Of a stretch of 34,881 nt of DNA, positions 17,112 through 24,921 are shown piece by piece. This DNA is from Gemmatimonadaceae bacterium (GTDB lineage: Bacteria; Gemmatimonadota; Gemmatimonadetes; Gemmatimonadales; Gemmatimonadaceae). The position numbers and the translations under genes are program-made. The number at the start of each line of letters is the position of its first letter. Position 1 is the stretch's first letter. The notes under the pieces were generated by a model. The model saw nothing but the letters and a program-made list of their open reading frames with translations. It did no database searches and was not told the DNA's origin. Location: positions 1-34,881 of the forward strand of contig DATEHJ010000285.1 in the NCBI GenBank assembly GCA_035279645.1. The letters run 5' to 3'.

Positions 17112-17174
17112 TCGACGGTGTGGTGGATGCGCGTCGTTCATATGTACCCCACCGCGCACCGCCGCACCGTCGGA

Positions 17175-19145
17175 ATGCCCACCACCATAAAACGTGTGAA
17201 GAATCTGCTCGTCGGCCGACCCCTGCCGAGCGAGCGACTCGAGCACGAACGCCTCAGTAAGAAGACCGCGCTCGCCGTTCTGTCCTCGGATGCGATCTCG
17301 TCTGTTGCATACGCGACCGACCAGATCCTCTTTGTGGTTGGCGGGGCCATCGGCTTGGCGGCAATCAACTACGTCCTCCCGATCTCGGCCGTCATCGTTG
17401 GCCTGCTGGTGCTCGTTGGCCTTTCGTATCGGCAAACGATCTTCGCCTATCCGGGAGGAGGCGGCTCGTATACCGTCGCGAAGGACAATCTTGGCGTCGG
17501 CCCCGGGCTCATCGCCGCCGCCGCGCTGCTGACGGATTACATCCTCACTGTTGCCGTCTCGATCTCGTCAGGCGTCGCCGCGATGACGTCGGCGTACCCG
17601 GCCCTCTTCCCGCACACCGTCCTGTTGTGCGTTGTCTCGATCGTGCTGTTGACCGTTGTCAATCTGCGCGGCGTCCGCGAATCGGGGATTGCCTTCAGTC
17701 TTCCGACGTACGCGTTCATTCTCGTTATGCTCGCGCTGATCGCGACGGGCATCTACCGTGGTTACACGGGACACGAGCTCGCGCCGATCGGGGCGCCGAT
17801 CAAAGTCGATCCGACCTCGGCGAGGTCACTATTCCACTCGCCCGCTGGTTTCGCATTCTTTTATCTGATGCTGCGCGGCTTCGCCGAAGGCTGCGCGGCC
17901 ATGACCGGCACCGAGGCCATCTCCAACGGCATCTCCGCGTTCAAGAAGCCAGCACCGCGGAACGCGTCGGTCACGCTCGTGTGGATGGTGACGATTCTCG
18001 CCGCCTTCTTCCTCGGCACCAGCGCTCTCGCCCAGCACTACGGTGTGATGCCGACAACGGAGCAAACCGTGCTCTCGCAGCTCGGTCATCACATCTTCGG
18101 TACGAATCCGCTGTACTACTTCTTTCAGTACGCGACGTTCGCCGTCCTCGTCCTCGCCGCCAACACCGCGTTCGCCGATTTCCCGCGACTCGCCGGCATC
18201 CTCGCGAACGATCGCTTCATGCCGCGTCAATTCTCGGCGCGGGGCGACCGCCTCGCGTTCTCGAACGGGATCATCACGCTCGCGCTCATCGCGATGTTGC
18301 TCGTCGCGCTCTTTCATGGCGACACGAACGCCCTCGTGCCCCTATATGCGATCGGTGTGTTCATCTGCTTCACGCTCTCGCAGGCCGGCATGGTGGTGCA
18401 CTGGATTCGGACCAAGGAGCCCGGCTGGCGCTGGCGCGCGACCCTGAATGGCATCGGCGCCGTGGCGACGGCGCTCGTCTCACTCATTCAGATCGTCACC
18501 AAGTTCACGAGCGGCGGCTGGATCGTGGCGCTGATCATCCCCGTGATCATCGTTGTCCTTCGCAAGATTCATCGGCATTACGAGGAATTCGCGCGCGAAA
18601 TCGAGTTCGATGGCCAGAGCCCGATCACGCCGCTGCATCACACGGTCATCGTGCCCGTGCATGGCATCACGAAGGCGGTCGCCGGGGCCCTCGTGTACGC
18701 GACGACGATCTCGGACGAGGTACTCGCGCTCTACGTCGAGGTTGACAAGCGCGAGACGGCGGTGCTCCAGCAGGCGTGGGACGAGTGGGATGTCGGCGTG
18801 CCGCTGGTGGTACTGCCGTCGCCCTATCGGTCGGTGCTGCGTCCGCTCGTCGAATATGTTGAGAACTTGCGAATGGTCACGCCGGGCGAGCTGGTAACCG
18901 TCGTCGTCCCCGAGGTCGTGCCGCGGCGGTGGTGGGAGCACTTCCTTCACAATAAAACGGCTCTTTACATCCGGACGGCGTTCCTCTTCAAGCCGAACGT
19001 CGTCATCACAAGCGTGCCATATCTACTCGGCCACTCCTATCGCCTGCGCGACCTGATCGACTACGACGACGACCTCGAAGAGTCCGTGCCGTTGCCGAGA
19101 ATCCCCTTCCGGAACTCAGGTCCCAGGCGCGCAATAAACGAATAG
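17175..19145 (+). CDS. kimA: APC-superfamily permease with C-terminal cytoplasmic domain, KimA-like (putative K+/H+ symporter)
   Basis: As far as I recall B. subtilis KimA (YdaO), this matches along its length: N-terminal IKRVKNLLVGRPL...LSSDAISSVAYATDQIL, LSYRQTIFAYPGGGGSYTVAKDNLG, LLTDYILTVAVSISSG, NLRGVRESG, GCAAMTGTEAISNGISAFKKPAPRNA, LAANTAFADFPRLAGILANDRFMPRQFSARGDRLAFSNGII, and the C-terminal soluble domain (VIVPVHGITKAV, SPYRSVLRPLVEYV, RRWWEHFLHNKTALYIR). Start ATG 17175 preferred (the listed start is 17100). Confidence 0.7.
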   Translation: MPTTIKRVKNLLVGRPLPSERLEHERLSKKTALAVLSSDAISSVAYATDQILFVVGGAIGLAAINYVLPISAVIVGLLVLVGLSYRQTIFAYPGGGGSYTVAKDNLGVGPGLIAAAALLTDYILTVAVSISSGVAAMTSAYPALFPHTVLLCVVSIVLLTVVNLRGVRESGIAFSLPTYAFILVMLALIATGIYRGYTGHELAPIGAPIKVDPTSARSLFHSPAGFAFFYLMLRGFAEGCAAMTGTEAISNGISAFKKPAPRNASVTLVWMVTILAAFFLGTSALAQHYGVMPTTEQTVLSQLGHHIFGTNPLYYFFQYATFAVLVLAANTAFADFPRLAGILANDRFMPRQFSARGDRLAFSNGIITLALIAMLLVALFHGDTNALVPLYAIGVFICFTLSQAGMVVHWIRTKEPGWRWRATLNGIGAVATALVSLIQIVTKFTSGGWIVALIIPVIIVVLRKIHRHYEEFAREIEFDGQSPITPLHHTVIVPVHGITKAVAGALVYATTISDEVLALYVEVDKRETAVLQQAWDEWDVGVPLVVLPSPYRSVLRPLVEYVENLRMVTPGELVTVVVPEVVPRRWWEHFLHNKTALYIRTAFLFKPNVVITSVPYLLGHSYRLRDLIDYDDDLEESVPLPRIPFRNSGPRRAINE

Positions 19146-19176
19146 GGTTGCGTCCGCGTTGAACAAACGAGTGGCC

Positions 19177-20751
19177 TCAAGGGGAATTCGCGGTTCCCGA
19201 AACGGAGCCCAGCGAAACTTCGGACTCGTCTACCGCGGGCAGGAACAACGTGAATACACTGCCACCCCCATCGCGTGCCGCATAAACCAGGCGTCCATTC
19301 TGCGCCTCCGCCACGCGGCGAGCGATTGAGAGCCCCAAACCCGCGCTACCGCTATGCGGCTGACTGCCGTTAGGCAGCTGGAAGGGCTCGAACAGTCGGG
19401 GTACGTTCTCGGCCGGTACGCCCGGCCCGCGATCAGCGACACGAATCGCGATCTCATCTCCGACACGTTCCGCCGACACTTCGATCGATGCCGAGCTGCG
19501 GTCATACTTCTTCGCGTTCTCGACGAGATTGCCGAGCGCTCGCAAGGCGTGGACGAAATCGAAGCGCCCGAAGAGCAGGGCATCGCCGGGTGGCAGCCGC
19601 ACCGCCAGGCGCTTCGCGCCTAACGAGCCTTCCACGCGCTGCACCAGCGCACCAAGCAGGTCATCGACCGCGTTCAACTCGAGCCGCACCGGCAACGCAC
19701 CCGCGTTCAGACGCGACAGGTCGAGCAGATCGGCGACGAACCGGTTCAGACGGTCTGCCTCCTGCTCGATGATCTCACTGCGCTCGTCGCCGAGCGCGCC
19801 GAGGTCATGCGCCATCGCCTTGATCGTCGTCAGCGGCGTTCGCAAATCATGAGAGACCGACGCCAGCAGCGCATCCTTGAGCCGGTCCGCCTCTCGCAAT
19901 GCGACCGCGTGCTCCGCCTCCGCGGCGAGCCTTACCCGCTCGACGCCTAGCGCCGCGTAATACGAGATCGCATCGAGAAAACGCCAGCGCTGCGAGTCCA
20001 GACGTATGCCGCTTCCATCGACCACGCGCAGCACACCGACGGTCCGATTCCGGACGCGCAACGGAAGCAACAGCGCGAGCACACTTCCCCTCTCCAGCAA
20101 GGCGAGCTCACTCGTCGCCGGCCGCGCCGCGGCTAGGTGGGTCGTTCCATCACGCTGCTCGACGACGGCGACGCCGCTATCGTTGACCCACTCCGCCAAT
20201 CCGCGCGACGACTCCGAAACGCTGGCCGCCTCTCGTCGCGCGCGCGCCACGACCGCGAAGCCACTCGACGCGCGCATGAGAATCTCGCACGCGTCGACGT
20301 CGATGCTCGAGCGAATGACGCCAGCGATCGCGTCGAGCGCATCGGTCGCATGGGCTGCGTTCAGAGTCTCCGCGCCGAGCGTGGCGAGCCGATCGATCTC
20401 GGCAGCGCGGGCGCGCGCGATGCGCGCCTCTTCCTGAGCCCGATATAGCAGCTGTGCGGCGACGACGCTCGTAACGAGAAACGCGACCAGCACGATCCAA
20501 TCGAGCGGATTCGCGACGACCATTGTGTTGTACGGCGGCAGGAAGAACGCGTCGAACACGACGAACGATGCGGCAGCCACGGCCAACCCGAGCAGACGAC
20601 CACCAGCCGCGCTCGCTCCCAGGACCACAAGTAACAGTATGAGCGCGACATGCACCTCTTTGAGCATTGGCCGTACAGCCAGCATACCGACGGTGCAAAT
20701 GGCCAAAGCCGCGGCCGCCAGCAGCAAAGGCCGGACTCTACTGGCCCGCAT
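19177..20751 (-). CDS. Sensor histidine kinase, KdpD C-terminal type (DUF4118 membrane domain - GAF-like - HisKA - HATPase_c), lacking the N-terminal KdpD/Usp sensor module
   Basis: N-terminal 4-TM region typical of the KdpD membrane domain (HVALILLLVVLGASAAGG...FFLPPYNTMVVANPLDWIVLVAFLVTSVVAAQL). H-box ASVSHDLRTPLTTI. N/G boxes (GNLVENAKKY, DRGPGVP, GLGLSIARR). At 524 aa it is too short to hold the PF02702/Usp part. Confidence 0.85.
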   Translation of the reverse strand: MRASRVRPLLLAAAALAICTVGMLAVRPMLKEVHVALILLLVVLGASAAGGRLLGLAVAAASFVVFDAFFLPPYNTMVVANPLDWIVLVAFLVTSVVAAQLLYRAQEEARIARARAAEIDRLATLGAETLNAAHATDALDAIAGVIRSSIDVDACEILMRASSGFAVVARARREAASVSESSRGLAEWVNDSGVAVVEQRDGTTHLAAARPATSELALLERGSVLALLLPLRVRNRTVGVLRVVDGSGIRLDSQRWRFLDAISYYAALGVERVRLAAEAEHAVALREADRLKDALLASVSHDLRTPLTTIKAMAHDLGALGDERSEIIEQEADRLNRFVADLLDLSRLNAGALPVRLELNAVDDLLGALVQRVEGSLGAKRLAVRLPPGDALLFGRFDFVHALRALGNLVENAKKYDRSSASIEVSAERVGDEIAIRVADRGPGVPAENVPRLFEPFQLPNGSQPHSGSAGLGLSIARRVAEAQNGRLVYAARDGGGSVFTLFLPAVDESEVSLGSVSGTANSP

Positions 20752-20771
20752 TTCGCCCTTCGGAGGCTGTG

Positions 20772-22514
20772 ATGAACATGGACTCTGAGAATCAAACGCG
20801 ACTCGGGTTGAAAACTATGCGGCGATATAGACGGTATGGGGCGCTCGTGGTCGCTTCTTTCCTCCTCGGCGCGTGTCACAGAGGAGACGACGCCGAGGCC
20901 GCCGGCGAAGTGAGCACGTGGACGCCACCGAGCCCGGACGCGATCGACGGAGTCCCGTTGGACGCCGTCAAGAGCGCGATCCAATTGCGCATCACCGGGG
21001 CAGCACCGAAGGGCGTTACAGCCGATACATGGCGTCACGTCCGCTCGCTGTACGCGAACTACGCCGGCGTACCACTCTGGCTCGACACCCAGGGACTCTC
21101 GAACGATCGCGTAACCGAGCTCGCCAATGCGCTCGCTTCGGCGGATAGCGACGCCATTCGCGTCGACACTTATCCAATCGGGGCGTTGGCAAGTGCGGTC
21201 TCAGCGTTGCGCGCGAGCAAGACACCGACAGCCGAGCAATTGGCCGACGCCGACGTGTTGATGACCAGCACTTACGCGGCGCTTGGTGAGGACCTACTCA
21301 CTGGACAGATCGATCCACATACCGTTTCGCAGAGCTGGTACATCGATCCGCGAGAGGATCACGTCGACAGCGCGCTCGCGCGGACGCTGCGCGAGGGCCC
21401 GCTCGACCGATCGATCCAGCGGATTCGGCCTCAGGATCCGGTGTATGACTCGCTTCGGACGCAGCTCATGCTCTATCGCGAGCTCGCGTCAAAGGGTGAT
21501 TGGCCGACCATTCCGAAAGGCCCGCAACTGAAGCCCGGTGAGAGCGGCACGCGAGCTCGCCTAGCGGCGCTTGCCGAGCGGCTGCGCGCCGAAGGCTACC
21601 TGCCGGCCGACACCACACATGTCTCGGCGGCGCCGACGCGGTACAGCCATGGCCTCGCCGGAGCGGTCGCGCGATTCCAGGCGCGTCACGACATCGGCGT
21701 CGACAGCATGCTCGGGCCGGAGACCGTCGACGCGCTCAACAAGCCGCTGAGCTTCCGACTCGGCCAAATTGCGGCGAACCTCGAGCGATATCGTTGGCTG
21801 CCGCGCTCGTTAGGCGACCGGTACATCCTCGTGAACGTTCCGGCATTCGAGCTCACGGCCTTCGATCAAGGCAAGCCGGCGCTTCAGATGAAAGTGATCG
21901 TCGGTCAAGACTACCAGGGCAAGGCGACGCCGGTGTTCAGCGACTCGATGGAGTTCGTTGTCTTTCGCCCGTATTGGATCGTGCCGGACAGCATCGCGAA
22001 GAAGGAGGTCTATCCGAAAGCCGAGGCCGACCCGTCGTTCATGGCGCGCAACAATTTCGAGATCGCGACGATTGACCGGCGCAAGCGCGTGCGGCAACGG
22101 CCGGGGGACAAGAACTCGCTCGGGCTCGCCAAACTCATGTTCCCGAACGACTTCAACATCTACTTACACGACACGCCGCAGGGAGAGCTGTTCGACAAGG
22201 ACGTGCGCGCGTTCAGTCATGGTTGCATTCGTCTGCAGCATCCGGATTCGCTCGCCCACTTCGTCCTCGGCTGGTCGCTCGACCGCGTGCATCAACAAAT
22301 GCACAACGGGCCGGACAACCACACGGTGAATCTGTCGCGGAAGATTCCAGTCTACATCGTGTATTTCACGACGTACCTGCAGGACGACCAGCTGTACTTC
22401 GGCAACGATCTCTATAATCGCGACGACGCGCTCGTGAGATCCGTCGCCAAGGCAGCCGTCGGCGACTCGGCGAGCGCGCAAGCCGTGGAGACGCTACGCG
22501 AATCGCGCTCGTGA
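20772..22514 (+). CDS. L,D-transpeptidase, YcbB/LdtD-like (peptidoglycan-binding domain + YkuD catalytic domain)
   Basis: GGAGG at 20763-20767 precedes ATG 20772 (alternative ATG 20817, MRRYRRYGALVVASFLLGAC lipobox-like). PG_binding_1-like LAGAVARFQARHDIGVDSMLGPETVDALN. YkuD active-site stretch NIYLHDTPQGELFDKDVRAFSHGCIRLQHP. Confidence 0.85.
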   Translation: MNMDSENQTRLGLKTMRRYRRYGALVVASFLLGACHRGDDAEAAGEVSTWTPPSPDAIDGVPLDAVKSAIQLRITGAAPKGVTADTWRHVRSLYANYAGVPLWLDTQGLSNDRVTELANALASADSDAIRVDTYPIGALASAVSALRASKTPTAEQLADADVLMTSTYAALGEDLLTGQIDPHTVSQSWYIDPREDHVDSALARTLREGPLDRSIQRIRPQDPVYDSLRTQLMLYRELASKGDWPTIPKGPQLKPGESGTRARLAALAERLRAEGYLPADTTHVSAAPTRYSHGLAGAVARFQARHDIGVDSMLGPETVDALNKPLSFRLGQIAANLERYRWLPRSLGDRYILVNVPAFELTAFDQGKPALQMKVIVGQDYQGKATPVFSDSMEFVVFRPYWIVPDSIAKKEVYPKAEADPSFMARNNFEIATIDRRKRVRQRPGDKNSLGLAKLMFPNDFNIYLHDTPQGELFDKDVRAFSHGCIRLQHPDSLAHFVLGWSLDRVHQQMHNGPDNHTVNLSRKIPVYIVYFTTYLQDDQLYFGNDLYNRDDALVRSVAKAAVGDSASAQAVETLRESRS

Positions 22515-22526
22515 CTGTGGCAGTCG

Positions 22527-22555
22527 TTTCGCGGCGAGCCAAGCTCGCCGCGAAG
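22527..22555. terminator. Strong GC hairpin between convergent genes (bidirectional terminator candidate)
   Basis: Perfect 10-bp stem CGCGGCGAGC (22530-22539) / GCTCGCCGCG (22543-22552) with loop CAA, extendable by 2 A-T pairs. It sits in the 43-nt gap between the stops of the L,D-transpeptidase and the LysM peptidase. No canonical U-tract on either strand. Confidence 0.55.
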
Positions 22556-22557
22556 TC

Positions 22558-23325
22558 TCAATGACCCGGAATGATCAGCGTCTGGCCCGGCCGGATTTTC
22601 GTGTGAGCGAGCCGATTGGCGGCAATGATCTTCTGAACGCTCGTCTCGTTTTGCTGGGCGATGCTCCAGAGCGAGTCGCCCTCACGCACCTTGTAGTGCC
22701 TCACGCTTGGCGCCGGAGCGGGCGCACGCGCGACGATCATCGCCGTCGGCCTAATGTCGGTTTGCGTGGCCGCGTAGCGCTCATATTCCGGCCCGAACAC
22801 GGCGACATGGAAGTGCGCTGGATGATGCTCCTCCGTCGCCTCGATGACACCGTCGCCTTCCAAGGCGAGCAGCTCCTTCCGCAGCCACGTTAGGCAATGT
22901 CCCGTCGGCCGGCGCAGATCGACGGCCATGCCCGTCGGGTGCACCGATCGATGCGAGCTATTGGACGGTTGCCGGCTCTCGGGACGAACGCCGCTCGTAA
23001 CGACGAGCTGCTCGCCGCACACGCGATCGTAGTCGCCCGCGAACCAGTCGACGAACGAGAGCGTCGCCGGCCGTACATACGGAAACGCCACGCGATGCAG
23101 GTCGTAACCGTGATCCGTGCGGAGCTGCACGAGCTCGCCCCGCGCCGCCGCCCAACGCACGGCGCTGCTGGTCTCGTAGAACGTGAGACCATCATTGACG
23201 GCGTGATCGTACATCTTCTCGACGCTCGCCATCGAACCGCGCAGCGATTGCGCGGCGCCAATGGTGGGTCGACCGCCGAATAGTATGATTGCGACGAGAG
23301 TCGCCTGAAAACGGAAACGAGTCAT
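22558..23325 (-). CDS. LysM domain-containing LAS-type (peptidase M15-like) zinc cell-wall hydrolase
   Basis: Start ATG 23325 (MTRFRFQATLVAIILFGG signal) preferred over the listed 23475. LAS metal-ligand pattern (VTSGVRPE...SSHRSVHPTGMAVDL, then HPAHFHV). C-terminal LysM (HYKVREGDSLWSIAQQNETSVQKIIAANRL...IRPGQTLIIP). Confidence 0.7.
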   Translation of the reverse strand: MTRFRFQATLVAIILFGGRPTIGAAQSLRGSMASVEKMYDHAVNDGLTFYETSSAVRWAAARGELVQLRTDHGYDLHRVAFPYVRPATLSFVDWFAGDYDRVCGEQLVVTSGVRPESRQPSNSSHRSVHPTGMAVDLRRPTGHCLTWLRKELLALEGDGVIEATEEHHPAHFHVAVFGPEYERYAATQTDIRPTAMIVARAPAPAPSVRHYKVREGDSLWSIAQQNETSVQKIIAANRLAHTKIRPGQTLIIPGH

Positions 23326-23425
23326 GGCAACATCTCGACGAGCCAGCTCGGCAAAGGAAACGCATTCCGCCGGACATCTCACCCGAGCGCCGCGGACACT
23401 TCGTCCGCGTGCGTTCGGCGCGCGC

Positions 23426-23824
23426 TCAACCCGGAACGCCTCCGGTGAGACTAAAAATGAGCAAAGCAAGAACAATCGAAGTCACGACGATGTACACCCG
23501 ATCCCGTTGCAGAATGAACGCGATGAGCGACATCGCCACGCGTGCGACCGGGGTCGCGATGAGGAGCAGCAGGCCCAACTGAATGATCGCGGCCGCGTTC
23601 AATCCGAACGCGCCGCGTACGATACCGCCTACTCGACGCAGCTCCGGCGGCTCACCGCGGAAAACGTGATAGTCGGTGGACTCGAGGCCATGTCGAGCGA
23701 GATACAATACACCGCCAACCGCCGCGAGGATCGTCGCGATGATCACGCCGACGCGCAGCAGGTTGCCGAGCAGTTGATCGACCTCGTCATCGGTCCATCG
23801 GTCACGTCGCGCCGGAGTCGCCAT
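23426..23824 (-). CDS. DUF1634-family small membrane protein (partner of TauE/SafE permeases)
   Basis: Typical DUF1634 layout (LLRVGVIIATILAAVGGVLYL..., GLNAAAIIQLGLLLLIATPVARV, VYIVVTSIVLALLIFSL). ATG 23824 overlaps the upstream TGA (TGATG); the listed 23827 is a TTG. Confidence 0.75.
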   Translation of the reverse strand: MATPARRDRWTDDEVDQLLGNLLRVGVIIATILAAVGGVLYLARHGLESTDYHVFRGEPPELRRVGGIVRGAFGLNAAAIIQLGLLLLIATPVARVAMSLIAFILQRDRVYIVVTSIVLALLIFSLTGGVPG

Positions 23825-24660
23825 CAAAGCCCTCCGCGAAGGCCGCGATACAGCATCTCCAGGGCGAGCACCACGACGACTGCGCCAAAGATTCGTCTGA
23901 GCATTTGCGTATTGGCGCGGGCGAGCACGCGCGCGCCCGTCAGCGCGCCGGCGAGCACGCCGAGCATCACCGGTAGCGCGAGTGACGGATTGATGTAGCC
24001 GCGGGCGAGATAAATCCCGGCGCTCGCAGCGGCGGTGACCCCGATCATGAAATTGCTAGTCGTCGTCGAGACCTTAAACGGTAGGTGCATCAGCTGATCC
24101 ATCGCCAACACCTTGAGAGCTCCGGATCCGATACCCAACAGGCCGGAGAGGATGCCGGCGAGGAGCATCAACCCAAAGCCTGCCGGGACGGCCTGCACGG
24201 CGTAGGGCTGGAAGCCGTTAGGCGTCGGGTAGGTCGAGTTGAGGCGCAGCTGGTTCGCGAGCGGGTGCGCATCCTCGGCCGACACATGCTCCGTCAACGG
24301 CTTCGTCGATCGCCACGCCGAGTACAACAGCATCATGCCGAAAACTACCGCGATCACGCTCGTGCCGACTCGCCCGGCCAGATACGCGCCGCCTAACGCG
24401 CCGACCGTCGTCGCGATCTCGAGGAGCATGCCGACGCGGACGTTGGTATAGCCCTCCTTCACATACGCCGCCGCCGCCCCCGACGACGTCGCGATCACGG
24501 AAACCAGCGACGCGCCGATTGCGTAGCGCAGGTCCACGCCAAATAGCAGCGTGAGCATCGGGACGATCACAATGCCGCCGCCAAGGCCAGTCAAAGCGCC
24601 GAGGAGACCAGCGGAGAATGATCCCCCAGCGACGAGAGTGGTAAAGAGAAGAACTGACAT
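23824..24660 (-). CDS. TauE/SafE (DUF81) family anion/sulfite exporter
   Basis: About 8 TM helices with the duplicated Gly-rich TauE pattern (GLLGALTGLGGGIVIVP ... GILSGLLGIGSGALKV). Coupled to the DUF1634 gene. Confidence 0.85.
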   Translation of the reverse strand: MSVLLFTTLVAGGSFSAGLLGALTGLGGGIVIVPMLTLLFGVDLRYAIGASLVSVIATSSGAAAAYVKEGYTNVRVGMLLEIATTVGALGGAYLAGRVGTSVIAVVFGMMLLYSAWRSTKPLTEHVSAEDAHPLANQLRLNSTYPTPNGFQPYAVQAVPAGFGLMLLAGILSGLLGIGSGALKVLAMDQLMHLPFKVSTTTSNFMIGVTAAASAGIYLARGYINPSLALPVMLGVLAGALTGARVLARANTQMLRRIFGAVVVVLALEMLYRGLRGGL

Positions 24661-24921
24661 GGTCGCTGAATACTATCGATTCGCGACGCATTCTTCTGGT
24701 GCCGCGATCCGACAGCGTCAGCGCGGACTTCCGCGAGTGGAAAACAAGACAACTGACGCGGGGACTGTTGCTCCACTTCGGGCCAAAGCCCGATTTCCAA
24801 CGGTTCATCAGCAGCAAAAGATCTGCAATTCCGCGGGCGATGAGGAATTTCGCTTCGCTCGCAGCCCGTGCGAGTTCGTTAGTGACGGGCGTCAGTCCGC
24901 GGTCACGCTGTCGAGATGCAA

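Noticed and set aside
17062-17174. c-di-AMP (ydaO/kimA-type) riboswitch upstream of the KimA-like gene.
   Set aside because: The leader is only ~113 nt and dominated by an AT-rich loop. I could not recognise the pseudo-two-fold ydaO architecture or its conserved ACGR/GGGGA-type elements. A covariance-model search would be needed for a definitive no.
24661-24921. A 260-nt intergenic region between the RND operon end and the TauE start, considered as a possible sRNA or riboswitch. It contains the small hairpin CTCGCA-GCCCG-TGCGAG at 24858-24874 and a near-word CGTTAGT at 24887.
   Set aside because: I recognised no conserved RNA motif. The hairpin is short, and the overlapping ORFs (24591..24800, 24699..25025) have non-coding-like composition. 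It is probably just terminator plus promoter space.
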